Shown here in pieces: positions 9,524-19,596 of a stretch of DNA of 41,408 nt. Origin of the DNA: a virus. Its lineage: Duplodnaviria; Caudoviricetes. The position numbers and the translations under genes are program-made. The first letter of the stretch is position 1, and each line of letters starts with the position of its first letter. The notes under the pieces are model-generated. The model was given only the letters and a program-made list of their open reading frames with translations. It made no database searches and had not been told where the DNA came from. The stretch spans positions 1 to 41,408 of IMG/VR virus record IMGVR_UViG_3300022917_000019; one strand, 5' to 3'.

Positions 9524-10950
9524 TGCCTGGGCCACCGCTCACGTCCCCGTATGCCCCCGGCCCCAACCGGATGAACGATGCGTTTCGCATCGCGGACCTG
9601 ATCCGCCGCCAGGGCTATTCGTCGGCCGAAACCAAGGGCCAGACGCTCGCGACGGTCAGCGACCTCGTCCTGGGGGGCGCCGACATGGTCTTCGGCTCGA
9701 TGCAGCGCCGCGACGACCAGCGCCGTGCCGCCTACGAGAACGAGCAGATCGCGGACCTGTTGGCGTCGGGGCAGGAGGTGGATCTGCCCGCCATCATTCG
9801 CAAGGTCGGCATCGAGCGCGCGAAGCAGATCGTGCCGATGGTCGAGGCGAGTCTGGCCCGGCGGCAAGCGATCGAGGACCGCAAGCAGGCGCTCGCGGAC
9901 AAGCAGCAGACGGCGCGCGACAAGGCCAACGAGCGCGGTATGACGCAGATGTCGGCGGCGGCGCTGGCGGGCGGCGCCGATCCCTACGCCGTCCAGCAAC
10001 AGCACTTCGGAGAAACCAGTACCATCCTGCCGATCAAGGATCTGCTCCCCGATCCGGCCAAGGCGGCAGACGCTCGCGCCCGTGCCGATGCCGCCGGGGC
10101 GCTCCAGGCAGGCGCGGACCCGCGCGACGTGAACCAGAACTTCTGGGGCGCCACCGGACAGGGACTTCCCGATAACCTCCTGCCGCCCAAGGCTCCGACG
10201 GTGTCGTTCAGCAAGCCTGAGCCGTATCGCCTCAACGGCCAAAAGGTGATGCTGCAACATGGGTCCGACGGCAAGATGTATGACCCCGCCGGGAAGGCCG
10301 TGTCGGCCGAGGGGCTCCAGGAATACGTCGCGCCCAAGGAAGGGCCGCAGCAGGGCTGGCAGTGGGTGAAGCGCAACGGGCAGGAGGTCTACACCAGCCG
10401 CGTCCAGGCGGGCGACGAGAAGTTGTCGAGCGACGCCCCGCTCAAGACGACGGAGCAGGAGCGGCGGTTCGCCAATCTCTATGTCCAGGCCCAGGACGCG
10501 CTGGGCGTAGTGAACGAAACTGAGGGCGCCCTGACGCAGAAGGAGATGTATCAGATCTTCACGCTGCCGCAGGAAGAACTCATCGGCATGGTGAACCGGA
10601 ACGAACTGAGCGAGAACGCGAAACGCTACCTCCGCGCGTTTGAACAGTTCACCGAGTCGCGCCTGCGCTCCGTCAGCGGCGCCGCCGTCACCGACGCCGA
10701 GTATGCCCGCGACCGGCGCACCTACGCCAAGCAGTATGGCGAAACGGCGAAGGTCAACGAGGACCGGGTCCGAGGACGCAAGACGGTGCTGGACGGGCTC
10801 CGCATTGGCGCGGGCCGCGCGCTGGATGCGGGTGGCGAACGGCAGGGGGCTGTCACCAGTGGCCCAAAGGAAGGCGCGACGCGGCCGATTCCCGGCTATC
10901 CCGGCACGGAGTTGACCTACCGCAACGGGAAGTGGATTCGGACGAGATAG
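9523..10950 (+). CDS. Putative DNA ejection protein (gp20-like position)
   Basis: Helical, Gln/Ala-rich; 'LRSVSGAAVTDAEY' motif; coupled to the upstream gene by TAATG. Confidence 0.65.
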   Translation: MPGPPLTSPYAPGPNRMNDAFRIADLIRRQGYSSAETKGQTLATVSDLVLGGADMVFGSMQRRDDQRRAAYENEQIADLLASGQEVDLPAIIRKVGIERAKQIVPMVEASLARRQAIEDRKQALADKQQTARDKANERGMTQMSAAALAGGADPYAVQQQHFGETSTILPIKDLLPDPAKAADARARADAAGALQAGADPRDVNQNFWGATGQGLPDNLLPPKAPTVSFSKPEPYRLNGQKVMLQHGSDGKMYDPAGKAVSAEGLQEYVAPKEGPQQGWQWVKRNGQEVYTSRVQAGDEKLSSDAPLKTTEQERRFANLYVQAQDALGVVNETEGALTQKEMYQIFTLPQEELIGMVNRNELSENAKRYLRAFEQFTESRLRSVSGAAVTDAEYARDRRTYAKQYGETAKVNEDRVRGRKTVLDGLRIGAGRALDAGGERQGAVTSGPKEGATRPIPGYPGTELTYRNGKWIRTR

Positions 10951-13900
10951 ATGCCACCCCAGTCCAAACTGCCTGCCATAGGGGAAGAATACGTCGGGGC
11001 GCTGCCGCCGATCGGCGGCGAGTGGGTGGAGCCGCGCCAACCCACCATCGCGCCGCCGCCCCAGACCCCGCCGCCCGGACCTAAGCCCGACATGGTCAAG
11101 GGCGAGTGGGATCCGAACTACTCGCTGTCGGAGAAGTATCGTCGCGCGCTGGGCATTCCGCACGCGGTCTACGACGCGGGCGGCACGCACAGCACCGTCA
11201 AGGGCTTGCTGGACACGGTCGATTCCTTGATTCAGGCCACCGACTTCAAGGCGAAGCACGGGCTTAACCAGATCCGCGAGGGCAACTACGCCAAGGGTGG
11301 GCGGGAGATGGTGCAGGGCATCGGCACCGGGGCGCTCGTGGCATCAGCCCCGGCGATCGGGACGGCGCTGCGGGCCGCACCGCTGGCCACGCTCGCGAAG
11401 ATGATCGGAACCGGCGCCCCGCTGGCGGTCAGCCATCCGGTGATTGAGGCGTTGAGCAAGGAGGCGGGCTTTACCGACGACCAAGCGGGCCTGATCGCGG
11501 ATGCCGCTGTCACGATCGGGGGCGTGCCGGTCGGAAGCAAGGTCAACAAGGGCGTCAACTCGCTAACCGAGTGGGCGGCACAACGGCAGACCACCGAACA
11601 GATCGCGGCGGCGCGGGCGCTGCGCGAGAAGGCGTTCCCGTCCACGGCGAGCCGTCCGCATACCGAGGCGGATTGGAACGAGGGCCTCTCCGCGTATCAG
11701 CACTTCAACAAGGGCACACTCCCCACGTCGCTGGAGGGGTTTGAAGAAGGACTGAACGTCACGCGCGACGGGATCGAAGCCTCTATCTCGGAGGCGATTT
11801 CCAAGTTTCCCGCCGATACCATCCCGACGAATCCGTGGCAGGCGGCGGTCACGGCGCTCAAAGGATCTGATCGGGCCGACTTCGTCAAGAAGGGGATGGC
11901 TGTCCTCGATGAGCAGTTCCCGCAACTGCGCGGGCCGCTGACGCTCAAGCAAGCGGACAGTCTGCGGCGCACGCTCAACAGCGCGAACGACGCCACGCTC
12001 AAGGCGAACAGTTACAACCGCTACAACGCCCGCATGAACGACCCTGGCTATGCGGCGCGGGAGGCGGCGCTCGATGCGCTCAAGGTAGGTGTCTACGACC
12101 AACTGGAAGCGCGCGGCGTGACCGGGGTCGCGGACTTGCGGAAGACCGAGGGCAAGGTGCTCCAACTCCGCGACGCGGCCGAACACTTCGCGCGCACGGG
12201 CGGGAAGGAGATGGCGGACACCGGGGCGCCGAACTGGCTGCGGCAGGCGCTGGGCTGGACCGCCGGGAAAGCGGCCACGGCGACCACCGGCTCGCCGCTG
12301 GCGTCGATTGGGGGCCGGTGGCTGGCGAACAAGGCGCTCCCCGCGAACCTGACGCGGGATCAGGCGTTCGCAGCGGCCATGCGCCTGCGGGCGGCGTCGG
12401 GCGCCGAGGCGCCGTTCGTCCTGCCGACCGTCCCCACGGGCATCCAGCCACGCGGCCCGCTCCCGACCACGGGCGCCACCACCACCACGCCGACGCCCTT
12501 CGCCCAGGCAGGGGCGCCAGGGGCGCAGGGCGGGCAGATTCCGCCGATGGCCTCCCACGGCCCCGTGACGCCCCAGGCGCCGCCAGGACCGCTCCAGCAG
12601 GCCGCACCGGGCACCGTGAACTGGAACGCCGCCGCGCCCCTGCCGCCGCTGCCGCTCGTCCGGTCCAGCACGGGCGCCGTCGTCACGCCGCCCACGGGGC
12701 CGATCCCGATGGGCCAGATGGTCCCGACGCAGCCTGCGCCGCCCCTGGTGCGGTCGAGCACGGGGTCTGTGGTCACGCCGCCGACTGGCCCGATGGTGCA
12801 GGGCCAAAGCGTGCCGGTCCAGCCTGCGCCGCCCGTCGTGCGCTCAGGCAGCGGCGCGGTGGTGCAGCCACCGACCGGACCAACCGGTTCCGCCGTCGGG
12901 GCGCCCGTCCGCACAGGGACGCCGTTCCCGGCGCCAACGGTCCCGGTTCCGCCCGTCGAGGTCGCACAGCAGGCCATCCTCGCTTCGGCGGCGAAGCTCA
13001 AGATCGCGTTGACGCCGCAGCAAGGGGAGGCGGCGCTGGCCTTGGTCCGCACCGGGCACTACGACGCCGACACCGCTGTACGGTTCGTCGGGCGCCCCAC
13101 GCCGTCACCCACGCCTGCACCGGTTCCGGCGCCGCCGCCCCAGGCGCCGAACGCGGCAGGGGTGCGGACCGGGACGGCCTGGGCACCAGGGCCTGCGCCA
13201 GCTAGACCGCCAGCGGAGCCGATGCCGCCTGCCAGCGTCGCGGTGCGCGAGCCCGGCCGTCTGACGGAGGCGGATCTCACGCCGAAGGAGCGGGAGTACT
13301 TCGACCTCGCCAAGACGTTCGATGACCCGCCGCCGCCCGAGGCCGTGCTCGCGGACATCGCGCAGGCGCGGGCGGAACGCGCCGCCGCGCCACTGCCCAC
13401 CACAGCGGCCGAGATGGAGGCCCCTGCGACGCCGTCGCGGGGTAAAAAAAAAGCGTCCGCGCCGGTAAGCGATGAAGGCGTCATCGTCGGCCACGAGATT
13501 GACCCGCACGCCCCCGTCAAGAACGGCGGCTACCGGGCCATCCGCTCGACGGAGCCCGGTGCGACGCCCGCGCCGCTGCTGACCGACGCGCGCCGGGCGA
13601 TGTTGGAACGCATGGTGGCCGATTTCGAGAACTTCCCCCCGACGCCGGGCACGCTGGTGGAGGGATCCGAACAGTGGCGCTACGGCTACGACCGGGAGAA
13701 GTACGTCCGAGGCGCGGCTGGCACGCATGTGTCCGACGACATCCGTGTCTTCTCGGGGCGGCACGGCAGCAACGGCGAGATGCGACAGGCAATCGAACAG
13801 CTGTTGAGCGGCGCCACGCCGTCGAACAAACTGCACACGGCCGCACTCGCCGCCGCAGACGGTTATCTGGCGGGTGAACTGCGCCCGCCGTTGACGCCGG

Positions 13901-14226
13901 GGAACCGGGTGCGCACGGTCGCGGACGTGCTTGGCACGGGCGAAGTGCAGCCGCGTCTGCCCGAGGCGGGCGCCGTGCGCGACGTGGACGTGCCGACGCC
14001 GACGATGGAGGCGCCGTTCAGTCTGAGCGGCGGCGTGAGCGAGCGGCCACAAGGGAAGACGAGCGATCTGTTCGCGGCGCCCGTCGAACCTGCACCGTCA
14101 CCCTACCCCGCCGACAAGGCGAAGTGGGGACCGGCGCAGTGGGAGCAGTTCAACAAACTGCGGGCCGCAGGGCTTATGCCCGAACAGGCCCGCCGCCGCG
14201 TCAACAAGGATATGAAGAAGGACTGA
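10951..14226 (+). CDS. Large putative DNA ejection / internal virion protein (gp16-like position)
   Basis: 1091 aa; helical N-terminal half and long Pro-rich repeat region; last gene before the tail fibres. Confidence 0.65.
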   Translation: MPPQSKLPAIGEEYVGALPPIGGEWVEPRQPTIAPPPQTPPPGPKPDMVKGEWDPNYSLSEKYRRALGIPHAVYDAGGTHSTVKGLLDTVDSLIQATDFKAKHGLNQIREGNYAKGGREMVQGIGTGALVASAPAIGTALRAAPLATLAKMIGTGAPLAVSHPVIEALSKEAGFTDDQAGLIADAAVTIGGVPVGSKVNKGVNSLTEWAAQRQTTEQIAAARALREKAFPSTASRPHTEADWNEGLSAYQHFNKGTLPTSLEGFEEGLNVTRDGIEASISEAISKFPADTIPTNPWQAAVTALKGSDRADFVKKGMAVLDEQFPQLRGPLTLKQADSLRRTLNSANDATLKANSYNRYNARMNDPGYAAREAALDALKVGVYDQLEARGVTGVADLRKTEGKVLQLRDAAEHFARTGGKEMADTGAPNWLRQALGWTAGKAATATTGSPLASIGGRWLANKALPANLTRDQAFAAAMRLRAASGAEAPFVLPTVPTGIQPRGPLPTTGATTTTPTPFAQAGAPGAQGGQIPPMASHGPVTPQAPPGPLQQAAPGTVNWNAAAPLPPLPLVRSSTGAVVTPPTGPIPMGQMVPTQPAPPLVRSSTGSVVTPPTGPMVQGQSVPVQPAPPVVRSGSGAVVQPPTGPTGSAVGAPVRTGTPFPAPTVPVPPVEVAQQAILASAAKLKIALTPQQGEAALALVRTGHYDADTAVRFVGRPTPSPTPAPVPAPPPQAPNAAGVRTGTAWAPGPAPARPPAEPMPPASVAVREPGRLTEADLTPKEREYFDLAKTFDDPPPPEAVLADIAQARAERAAAPLPTTAAEMEAPATPSRGKKKASAPVSDEGVIVGHEIDPHAPVKNGGYRAIRSTEPGATPAPLLTDARRAMLERMVADFENFPPTPGTLVEGSEQWRYGYDREKYVRGAAGTHVSDDIRVFSGRHGSNGEMRQAIEQLLSGATPSNKLHTAALAAADGYLAGELRPPLTPGNRVRTVADVLGTGEVQPRLPEAGAVRDVDVPTPTMEAPFSLSGGVSERPQGKTSDLFAAPVEPAPSPYPADKAKWGPAQWEQFNKLRAAGLMPEQARRRVNKDMKKD
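12652..12882 (+). repeat. Intragenic tandem repeat, about 90 nt (30 aa) x 2.6
   Basis: PLVRSSTGAVVTPPTGPIPMGQMVPTQPAP / PLVRSSTGSVVTPPTGPMVQGQSVPVQPAP / PVVRSGSGAVVQPPTGP. Confidence 0.9.
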
Positions 14227-15239
14227 TGAGTCTCTACACATTAAGTCCCCAGCCCTGGCTCATCTTCTTGGACGATGCCGGGGTCTATCTCCCGAACGGG
14301 CAACTCGCGATCTATGTCTCGGGCACTTCGACCCCCGCGACGGTCTACACCTCCGCGAACGGGACCGCGCATCCGTTCCCGATCACGCTCGACGCGACCG
14401 GTCGCGTGCCCGGCGGGCTCTACCTGCAACCGGGCCTGAGCTACAAGTTCGTGCTGCACGCCCCGCAGATCGAGGAGCCGCTCGACGGCGGCATTCTCAA
14501 GAGCCAAGACCCCGTCGAAGCCGTCCCGCGTTCCGGCGGCGCGTCGCTGTCGATCGTGACGGGCGGCGACTACACGAACCTGAACGTGTCGGGTGTGAAC
14601 ATCATCGAGTACACCGGGGCGGGGGACATCCACATTCGCGGCATGGTCGGCGGCGTGCCGGGGCAGTCGATCTCGATTCGCAACCTGTCCCCGTCGGGTG
14701 GCGTCGTGTGGCTGCACTACGGCGACAGCGCGGCGGCGCCCGGTGGACAACTGCTCAACCGCGTACAGAGCGGCCCGGTGCCGATCACGAACTCGCTAGG
14801 GACCGCGAGCTACATCTACCTGTCGAGCGGCATCTGGGGGATGCAGGACTACTCGATGGGGGGCCTTATTGGCACCCCGTTCGATCCCGCCAACTACGTG
14901 ACCCGCGACAGTGCGATTTGGACCGTCGAGCAGAACGACCTATATGCGGAGGGGTTCTACATCGAGGGGCGGTTGATGTCGTATCAGTTCTTCTACCAGA
15001 ACACGTCGCTCAGTATCGAGACAGGGGCGCTCTTGCGACAGATGCCGTTTGGCTGGCAGGCGGGGTATGTGGCGTCCACTAATCTGGTGTGGGCGCTGAA
15101 CGGAGGCCCCTTGCAGGCAGGGTCCGTGCAGGCGTCCAATCCTTTACAGATCGGGTTCATTCCGTTGCCCACGGCCCCGTGGCCCGCTGGCGTGAATCAC
15201 CTGACCCTGGTGGGTCAAATCGCGATCCCGTTGGTTTAA
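14226..15239 (+). CDS. Tail fibre/spike 1 with a P22-tailspike-like N-terminal attachment domain
   Basis: True start ATG 14226 (TGATG overlap); 'FLDDAG..LPNGQLAIYVSGTSTPATVY...HPFPITLDATGR...YKFVL'. Confidence 0.75.
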   Translation: MSLYTLSPQPWLIFLDDAGVYLPNGQLAIYVSGTSTPATVYTSANGTAHPFPITLDATGRVPGGLYLQPGLSYKFVLHAPQIEEPLDGGILKSQDPVEAVPRSGGASLSIVTGGDYTNLNVSGVNIIEYTGAGDIHIRGMVGGVPGQSISIRNLSPSGGVVWLHYGDSAAAPGGQLLNRVQSGPVPITNSLGTASYIYLSSGIWGMQDYSMGGLIGTPFDPANYVTRDSAIWTVEQNDLYAEGFYIEGRLMSYQFFYQNTSLSIETGALLRQMPFGWQAGYVASTNLVWALNGGPLQAGSVQASNPLQIGFIPLPTAPWPAGVNHLTLVGQIAIPLV

Positions 15240-15242
15240 TCC

Positions 15243-17411
15243 ATGCCACTCGTCATCTCGCCGCAACCGTGGCTCGTGCTGCTGGACGACGCGGGGCACC
15301 CGGTCCCGAACGGCCAACTCGCGCTCTACGAGGCGGGCACCACCACGCCCGTCACCGTCTACGCCGACAGTCTGGCGAGCGTGCCGCACCCGTGGCCGAT
15401 CACGCTCGACGCGGCGGGTCGCATTCCGGGCGGGCTGTTCCTGATCCCCGAGGTCGCCTACAAGTTCGTCCTGCACGAGCCGAAACTCGCCACGGCGAAT
15501 TTGACGGGCGCGATTCTCAAGACGCAAGACAACGTGATGGGCCACGGCGGCAAGGTCAATGTGTCGGGCAGCGTGCCTGACTCGGGCCAGCTGCCGGGGA
15601 CCGGTGAACCGGGCGACGCCTACATCTCGGCCGACGACGGACACTTGTGGATCTGGGACGACGTGAACGGCATTTGGGTGGATGTCGGCCCGGTGCAAGG
15701 CCCACCCGGCATGACCGGCCCGGTGGGGCCGAAAGGCGACACGGGCGACACGGGACCGCAGGGCGCGACGGGCGCACAAGGGCCGCAAGGGATCCAGGGG
15801 ATTCCCGGCGCGACCGGCCCACCGGGTGATCCCGGCGTGGACGGCACGGATGGCCTCGACGGCGCGACGGGTGCCACCGGGCCGCAGGGACCACAAGGGA
15901 TCCCAGGCCCCGAGGGCGAGGGCACGATCGGGCCGCAGGGACCGCCGGGACCGATCGGCCCCGAAGGGCCAGACGGCCCCTCAGGGCCTCCCGGCGCGAC
16001 AGGACCGCAGGGACCGCAGGGCATTCCCGGCATCATCGGGCCGCACGCGGCGACGCACGCCAACGGGGGCAGCGACCCCGTCGCGGTCACCACGCTGGCC
16101 GGGTATCCCGGTGGCACGGCGACCTTCCTCCGTGCAGACGGGACGTTTGTCGCGCCGCCGCCGGGGGGACTCGTCCCCCCATTACAACAGGCCAGTAATA
16201 CCATCACCCAGACCACGGCAGACGGTGCCGACAACAGCTACCTTGGTATCTATGGTGGCGGCGGACCAAGCCAGGAACGGGGTGCCGTCCTCAATCTGTT
16301 CGGGAACGAACACGGCGCCGCTGGACAGGTGCATGTCGGCCTGGGGCCGACCGGCATCTTCAGTATCTTCAACAGTACCGGAGCGCTGGTCGCGAACATC
16401 GACGCAGCCGGGAACCTGACTGTTATCGGGGGCGGGGGCAACGTCGCGCGCAAGAGCGACGCGAACATCTTCTCGCAGCCGCAACACATCCAGAGCACGA
16501 ATCCGAGTCTCTACCTACTCGACACCGCGCAGACGCCCAATACGAGTAATTGGCGGCTGATGAGCCAGTTACAGCAACTGCGCTTCTTCGCGCAGGACGA
16601 TGGCGAGAGCGGGCATTTCCTCGCGGCGACACTGGACCGCGCCGGGAATCTTGTCGCCTCGGGAGCGATCTCCGCCGGGAACGCGACAGGTAACGTGGCC
16701 CTGAAGACCGTGGATAACGCCTTCGTCGCGCAGACTCTCGCGGACGGCACGGTTATCCAGGGCAACAACGGGCTATTGAACTTCCTCTCCACCGGATCCC
16801 CGGCCGGACTGAAGCGATGGCGCCTCCTGAATTACGGCGACGGCCCGCTCCAGATCGAAGCCTTGGACGACGCGGGCTCGACAGTGGTCGGGCGCGTCAC
16901 GCTGAGCCGAGCCGGGGAGGTGTACTCCACGAAGGTCTTGACGCCGATCGTGAAGTTCCCTGCGGGGACCACCAATTCCAGCGCGGATGTGAACGCGCTC
17001 GACGACTATCAGGAACTGTTCTGGTATCCCACTTTCTCCGGGTCCGGGGGCGCCGCCGGACAGGTCTACTCGGCGCAGAACGGCCTCGCCGTCAAAATCG
17101 GGGGCATGGCCTACGTGTCGGGCGCCTGTGTGCTCTCGAATAAAGGCACCCTCTATAGCTACTTTCGACTCGCGAGCCTCCCGTGGCCGTGCAGCACGCG
17201 CGCGAACCATGCGGTGAGTATCGGCTTCTTCTCCAACCTCAACGTCCAAGTGTCGTCACTGGGGTTGATGTTGCAACCCGGGCAGACCTATGGGGATTTC
17301 TATTACGTCCCGGCGGTGGGCGGCACGGGCATGGCGCCGTTAGATGTCGCGCAGGTCGCCAATACCACCGGGATTCATTTTTCCTTTTCCTATCCAGTGA
17401 GTGGGGTGTAG
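15243..17411 (+). CDS. Tail fibre 2 with a collagen-like stalk
   Basis: N-terminal domain paralogous to 14226-15239; Gly-X-Y run; two repeated 'GNVA.K....F...WRL.....DD' modules; C-terminal 'LDDYQE..WYPT...AVKIG' knob-type domain. Confidence 0.85.
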   Translation: MPLVISPQPWLVLLDDAGHPVPNGQLALYEAGTTTPVTVYADSLASVPHPWPITLDAAGRIPGGLFLIPEVAYKFVLHEPKLATANLTGAILKTQDNVMGHGGKVNVSGSVPDSGQLPGTGEPGDAYISADDGHLWIWDDVNGIWVDVGPVQGPPGMTGPVGPKGDTGDTGPQGATGAQGPQGIQGIPGATGPPGDPGVDGTDGLDGATGATGPQGPQGIPGPEGEGTIGPQGPPGPIGPEGPDGPSGPPGATGPQGPQGIPGIIGPHAATHANGGSDPVAVTTLAGYPGGTATFLRADGTFVAPPPGGLVPPLQQASNTITQTTADGADNSYLGIYGGGGPSQERGAVLNLFGNEHGAAGQVHVGLGPTGIFSIFNSTGALVANIDAAGNLTVIGGGGNVARKSDANIFSQPQHIQSTNPSLYLLDTAQTPNTSNWRLMSQLQQLRFFAQDDGESGHFLAATLDRAGNLVASGAISAGNATGNVALKTVDNAFVAQTLADGTVIQGNNGLLNFLSTGSPAGLKRWRLLNYGDGPLQIEALDDAGSTVVGRVTLSRAGEVYSTKVLTPIVKFPAGTTNSSADVNALDDYQELFWYPTFSGSGGAAGQVYSAQNGLAVKIGGMAYVSGACVLSNKGTLYSYFRLASLPWPCSTRANHAVSIGFFSNLNVQVSSLGLMLQPGQTYGDFYYVPAVGGTGMAPLDVAQVANTTGIHFSFSYPVSGV
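15699..16043 (+). repeat. Collagen-like Gly-X-Y repeat region
   Basis: About 115 aa of [12 protein letters not shown] triplets with one register interruption (GEGTIG). Confidence 0.92.
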
Positions 17412-17413
17412 CG

Positions 17414-17683
17414 ATGATCGTCCAAGCCGGGAAGCAGTTCAGCAACCTCCAGTTAAAAGACACAGCGGGCACGATTGCCACGTCCATCCGGGATGCCGTC
17501 CAGAACGGCATGGACCTCAAGGTGCAACTGGAGTCGTGGCCGGATGCCGACCTCATCGAACTCGGGTTGACGCAACCCGAGATCGACGCGATGAAAGGCT
17601 TTTACGTGGGCGATTTGCCGGGGATCGCGGCGTCGCTGCAAGCCTCGACGTGGATCAAACAGTTGTTGGGGTTGGGCGTCTAG
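17414..17683 (+). CDS. Hypothetical protein, possibly a tail-fibre assembly factor
   Basis: ATG 3 nt after the fibre stop; 89 aa, helical; last gene of the + strand operon. Confidence 0.6.
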   Translation: MIVQAGKQFSNLQLKDTAGTIATSIRDAVQNGMDLKVQLESWPDADLIELGLTQPEIDAMKGFYVGDLPGIAASLQASTWIKQLLGLGV

Positions 17684-17698
17684 GACGCCCCTCCCGTT

Positions 17699-17962
17699 CT
17701 ACTCGATGGGCGCCGCGCCGGGGACGTTGGTCATGCGCTCGTTGTACTCCCCGATCGTGTTGGCGATGATCTGGAGGAGCGTCTGGCCGTTGCGGACGCG
17801 CTGCTCGTAGGCGGCTTCCGCCGTCTCGCTCCACTCCACTTCGTAGAAGTCATAGAGCTTGTTCATCACCGCCAGCCCGGCGTCGTATTTGGCCTGGGTA
17901 TTGATAGGGATAGGCTGGCCGTTGTGCGTGGTTTCGTCGGGGTTGTCGAAGTTGATCGGCAT
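17699..17962 (-). CDS. Hypothetical protein
   Basis: AGGAG RBS; typical codon usage; last gene of the - strand operon. Confidence 0.65.
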   Translation of the reverse strand: MPINFDNPDETTHNGQPIPINTQAKYDAGLAVMNKLYDFYEVEWSETAEAAYEQRVRNGQTLLQIIANTIGEYNERMTNVPGAAPIE

Positions 17963-17966
17963 CGGG

Positions 17967-18431
17967 CTACTCCTGTGATGGGGGACGGAAGACTAAAACA
18001 ACGGACGGGAACGGGGCGCTGTTCGCGCTCCCGCTGAATTTCAAGCGGCCTTTCAGGAACCGCACTTCGACGCCGGGGCGCGGCCGGTGCAAGGTGCCGT
18101 CCCAGACGTGGGTGAACCACCAGCGGGTATCGGTACGCGCCGGGACCAGGGCGACCACGGTCGCGCCACGCGAAGCAGCCGCAGTCGCATGAGCGATGAA
18201 CTGACGACACTTCCCGTACGGCGGGTTCACCCAAATCGCGCGCCCCCAGGCGAGCGGCGCCCAATCCGCGCGCAACGCATCGAACAGCCACCGCAGACAC
18301 AACGAGTCAGACCCATCGGGCAACGCCGCCGCGTCCAGGCCGAAGTCAAACTCGGCATCCAACGCCGCGAACAGATCGGGCGGTGTGCGCCACAGGTCAC
18401 TGGCTTTGGAGAAGACGACGGCGCTGTTCAT
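17967..18431 (-). CDS. Phage DNA N6-adenine methyltransferase (Dam-type)
   Basis: 'DLWRTPPDLF', 'FDFGLDAAA', 'WVNPPYG', 'LVPARTDTRWW', 'GRLKF...SAPFPS' motifs. Confidence 0.92.
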   Translation of the reverse strand: MNSAVVFSKASDLWRTPPDLFAALDAEFDFGLDAAALPDGSDSLCLRWLFDALRADWAPLAWGRAIWVNPPYGKCRQFIAHATAAASRGATVVALVPARTDTRWWFTHVWDGTLHRPRPGVEVRFLKGRLKFSGSANSAPFPSVVLVFRPPSQE

Positions 18432-18727
18432 GGCGTGCGAGTGGTCGGGGCGTCTGTTAATGCAGACCCAGTTGCAACTGCCGCATCCCCTGCCGGTTCA
18501 GCGGACCCCGTCATGCTGATCTTGTCCGGTTCCCCCGCCGACGCCAGGGCCTGGGTGGGAGAGGCGGAGAGGGCGGCCTCTAGTTCGTCAGCGCAGCGAC
18601 GGTAGGTGACAACCTGCCATGCGTCCTCTCCGACACCGCGCTGCCAGATGTCTGCTTCTTTTCGCCATGTCGCGATCAGCGCCGCGAGGCGGCTCTCCGG
18701 GGGATCTGGGCGTGGGGGTGTACTCAT
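18428..18727 (-). CDS. Hypothetical protein
   Basis: AAGGAG RBS; ATGA overlap with the methylase gene; 'YRRCADELEAAL' motif. Confidence 0.55.
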   Translation of the reverse strand: MSTPPRPDPPESRLAALIATWRKEADIWQRGVGEDAWQVVTYRRCADELEAALSASPTQALASAGEPDKISMTGSAEPAGDAAVATGSALTDAPTTRTP

Positions 18728-18734
18728 GACTCCT

Positions 18735-19046
18735 TCAGTTCGTCCGATCGGCGTAGGCGTGCAGTTCTTCCTGTAGCCGGTTCAGCATCTCGACGCCCTG
18801 GTCCTCGCTGATCTCGTCAGGAGCCACGCGCGTCATCAACTCCAGCATCGCTGCTGCTCCGCTATAGAAGGCGTGTTTGACCGTCGCGCTGATGTCCTCG
18901 TCCGCGTCGAAGTGCTCGCCCGTGAACCGATTCCGGCCATACGTCAGCCAGAGGTCGCGCACCGTGCGACTCTTCAAGACGTCGCCGTGGATACGGTCGA
19001 ACTCAGCGCGACGCTGCGTCGCTGTCTGTCGGCGTGGGCTTGGCAT
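18735..19046 (-). CDS. Hypothetical protein
   Basis: 'KHAFYSGAAAMLELM...LQEEL' helical phage-type motif. Confidence 0.6.
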   Translation of the reverse strand: MPSPRRQTATQRRAEFDRIHGDVLKSRTVRDLWLTYGRNRFTGEHFDADEDISATVKHAFYSGAAAMLELMTRVAPDEISEDQGVEMLNRLQEELHAYADRTN

Positions 19047-19191
19047 TTTTGAACGAGCCTTTTGTGAAACGAATGCGCGGCTTCAGGTTGTCGAGTGCCT
19101 TGCGCGAGCCCGTAATCAAAAACTCGTCAGGCACGCCAGCCGCCTTCGCGGCTTCGTACGAGTCGTAGATTTGTCCGTTCCGTGTGTCCAT
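19003..19191 (-). CDS. Hypothetical protein
   Basis: AAGGAAA upstream; 62 aa beginning MDTRNGQIY. Confidence 0.5.
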   Translation of the reverse strand: MDTRNGQIYDSYEAAKAAGVPDEFLITGSRKALDNLKPRIRFTKGSFKNAKPTPTDSDAASR

Positions 19192-19203
19192 ATGACTTTC
19201 CTT

Positions 19204-19590
19204 TTATCCCTGTGCTCCGTGCGGGGCGGACGGGGAGGCGATGGAATCCTCAGGATCACAGCATTCAGGATCCGCGCAATGCCCATAGCATCGACAGCCG
19301 GAGGCGCAATAAGCGGGGTGCCCACCTTCAGGCTGACGCCTGTCGCCTCTGCAGCAGTAGCATGGGTCTGCGGCCTCGGCCTTCAGCGTCGCCACCTCCC
19401 CCTGGAGGGCGGCAATCTGAGACAGCAGTGCGGCCCGTTCGTGCTCAGGCACCCAGAGAAAGTCGGCATCGAGTTCAGGCTTGCGGACATGGCGCTCGAA
19501 TTGGTCAACGATGTCCACCGTCGAGTACGGCGCCAGTCGCTTCGCCTCGCGGCTGGTGTCTGGTCGGTCTACGGGAGATGACATGATCAA
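19204..19590 (-). CDS. Hypothetical protein with a coiled coil and Cys-rich C-terminus
   Basis: 'LLSQIAALQGEVATLKAE' followed by 'CYCC...CASGCRCYGHCADPECCD'. Confidence 0.5.
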   Translation of the reverse strand: MIMSSPVDRPDTSREAKRLAPYSTVDIVDQFERHVRKPELDADFLWVPEHERAALLSQIAALQGEVATLKAEAADPCYCCRGDRRQPEGGHPAYCASGCRCYGHCADPECCDPEDSIASPSAPHGAQG

Positions 19591-19596
19591 CGCTCG

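Noticed and set aside
9364-11259. Long - strand ORFs opposite structural genes (also 3086-4468, 8579-9535, 11563-12807, 36839-38575)
   Set aside because: These are shadow ORFs expected from high GC3 on the opposite strand; they are Arg/Leu/Val-rich with no motifs.
14226-17411. Diversity-generating retroelement or invertible tail-fibre cassette
   Set aside because: No reverse transcriptase or invertase is present; the shared sequence is N-terminal, in direct orientation, and not restricted to adenine mismatches.
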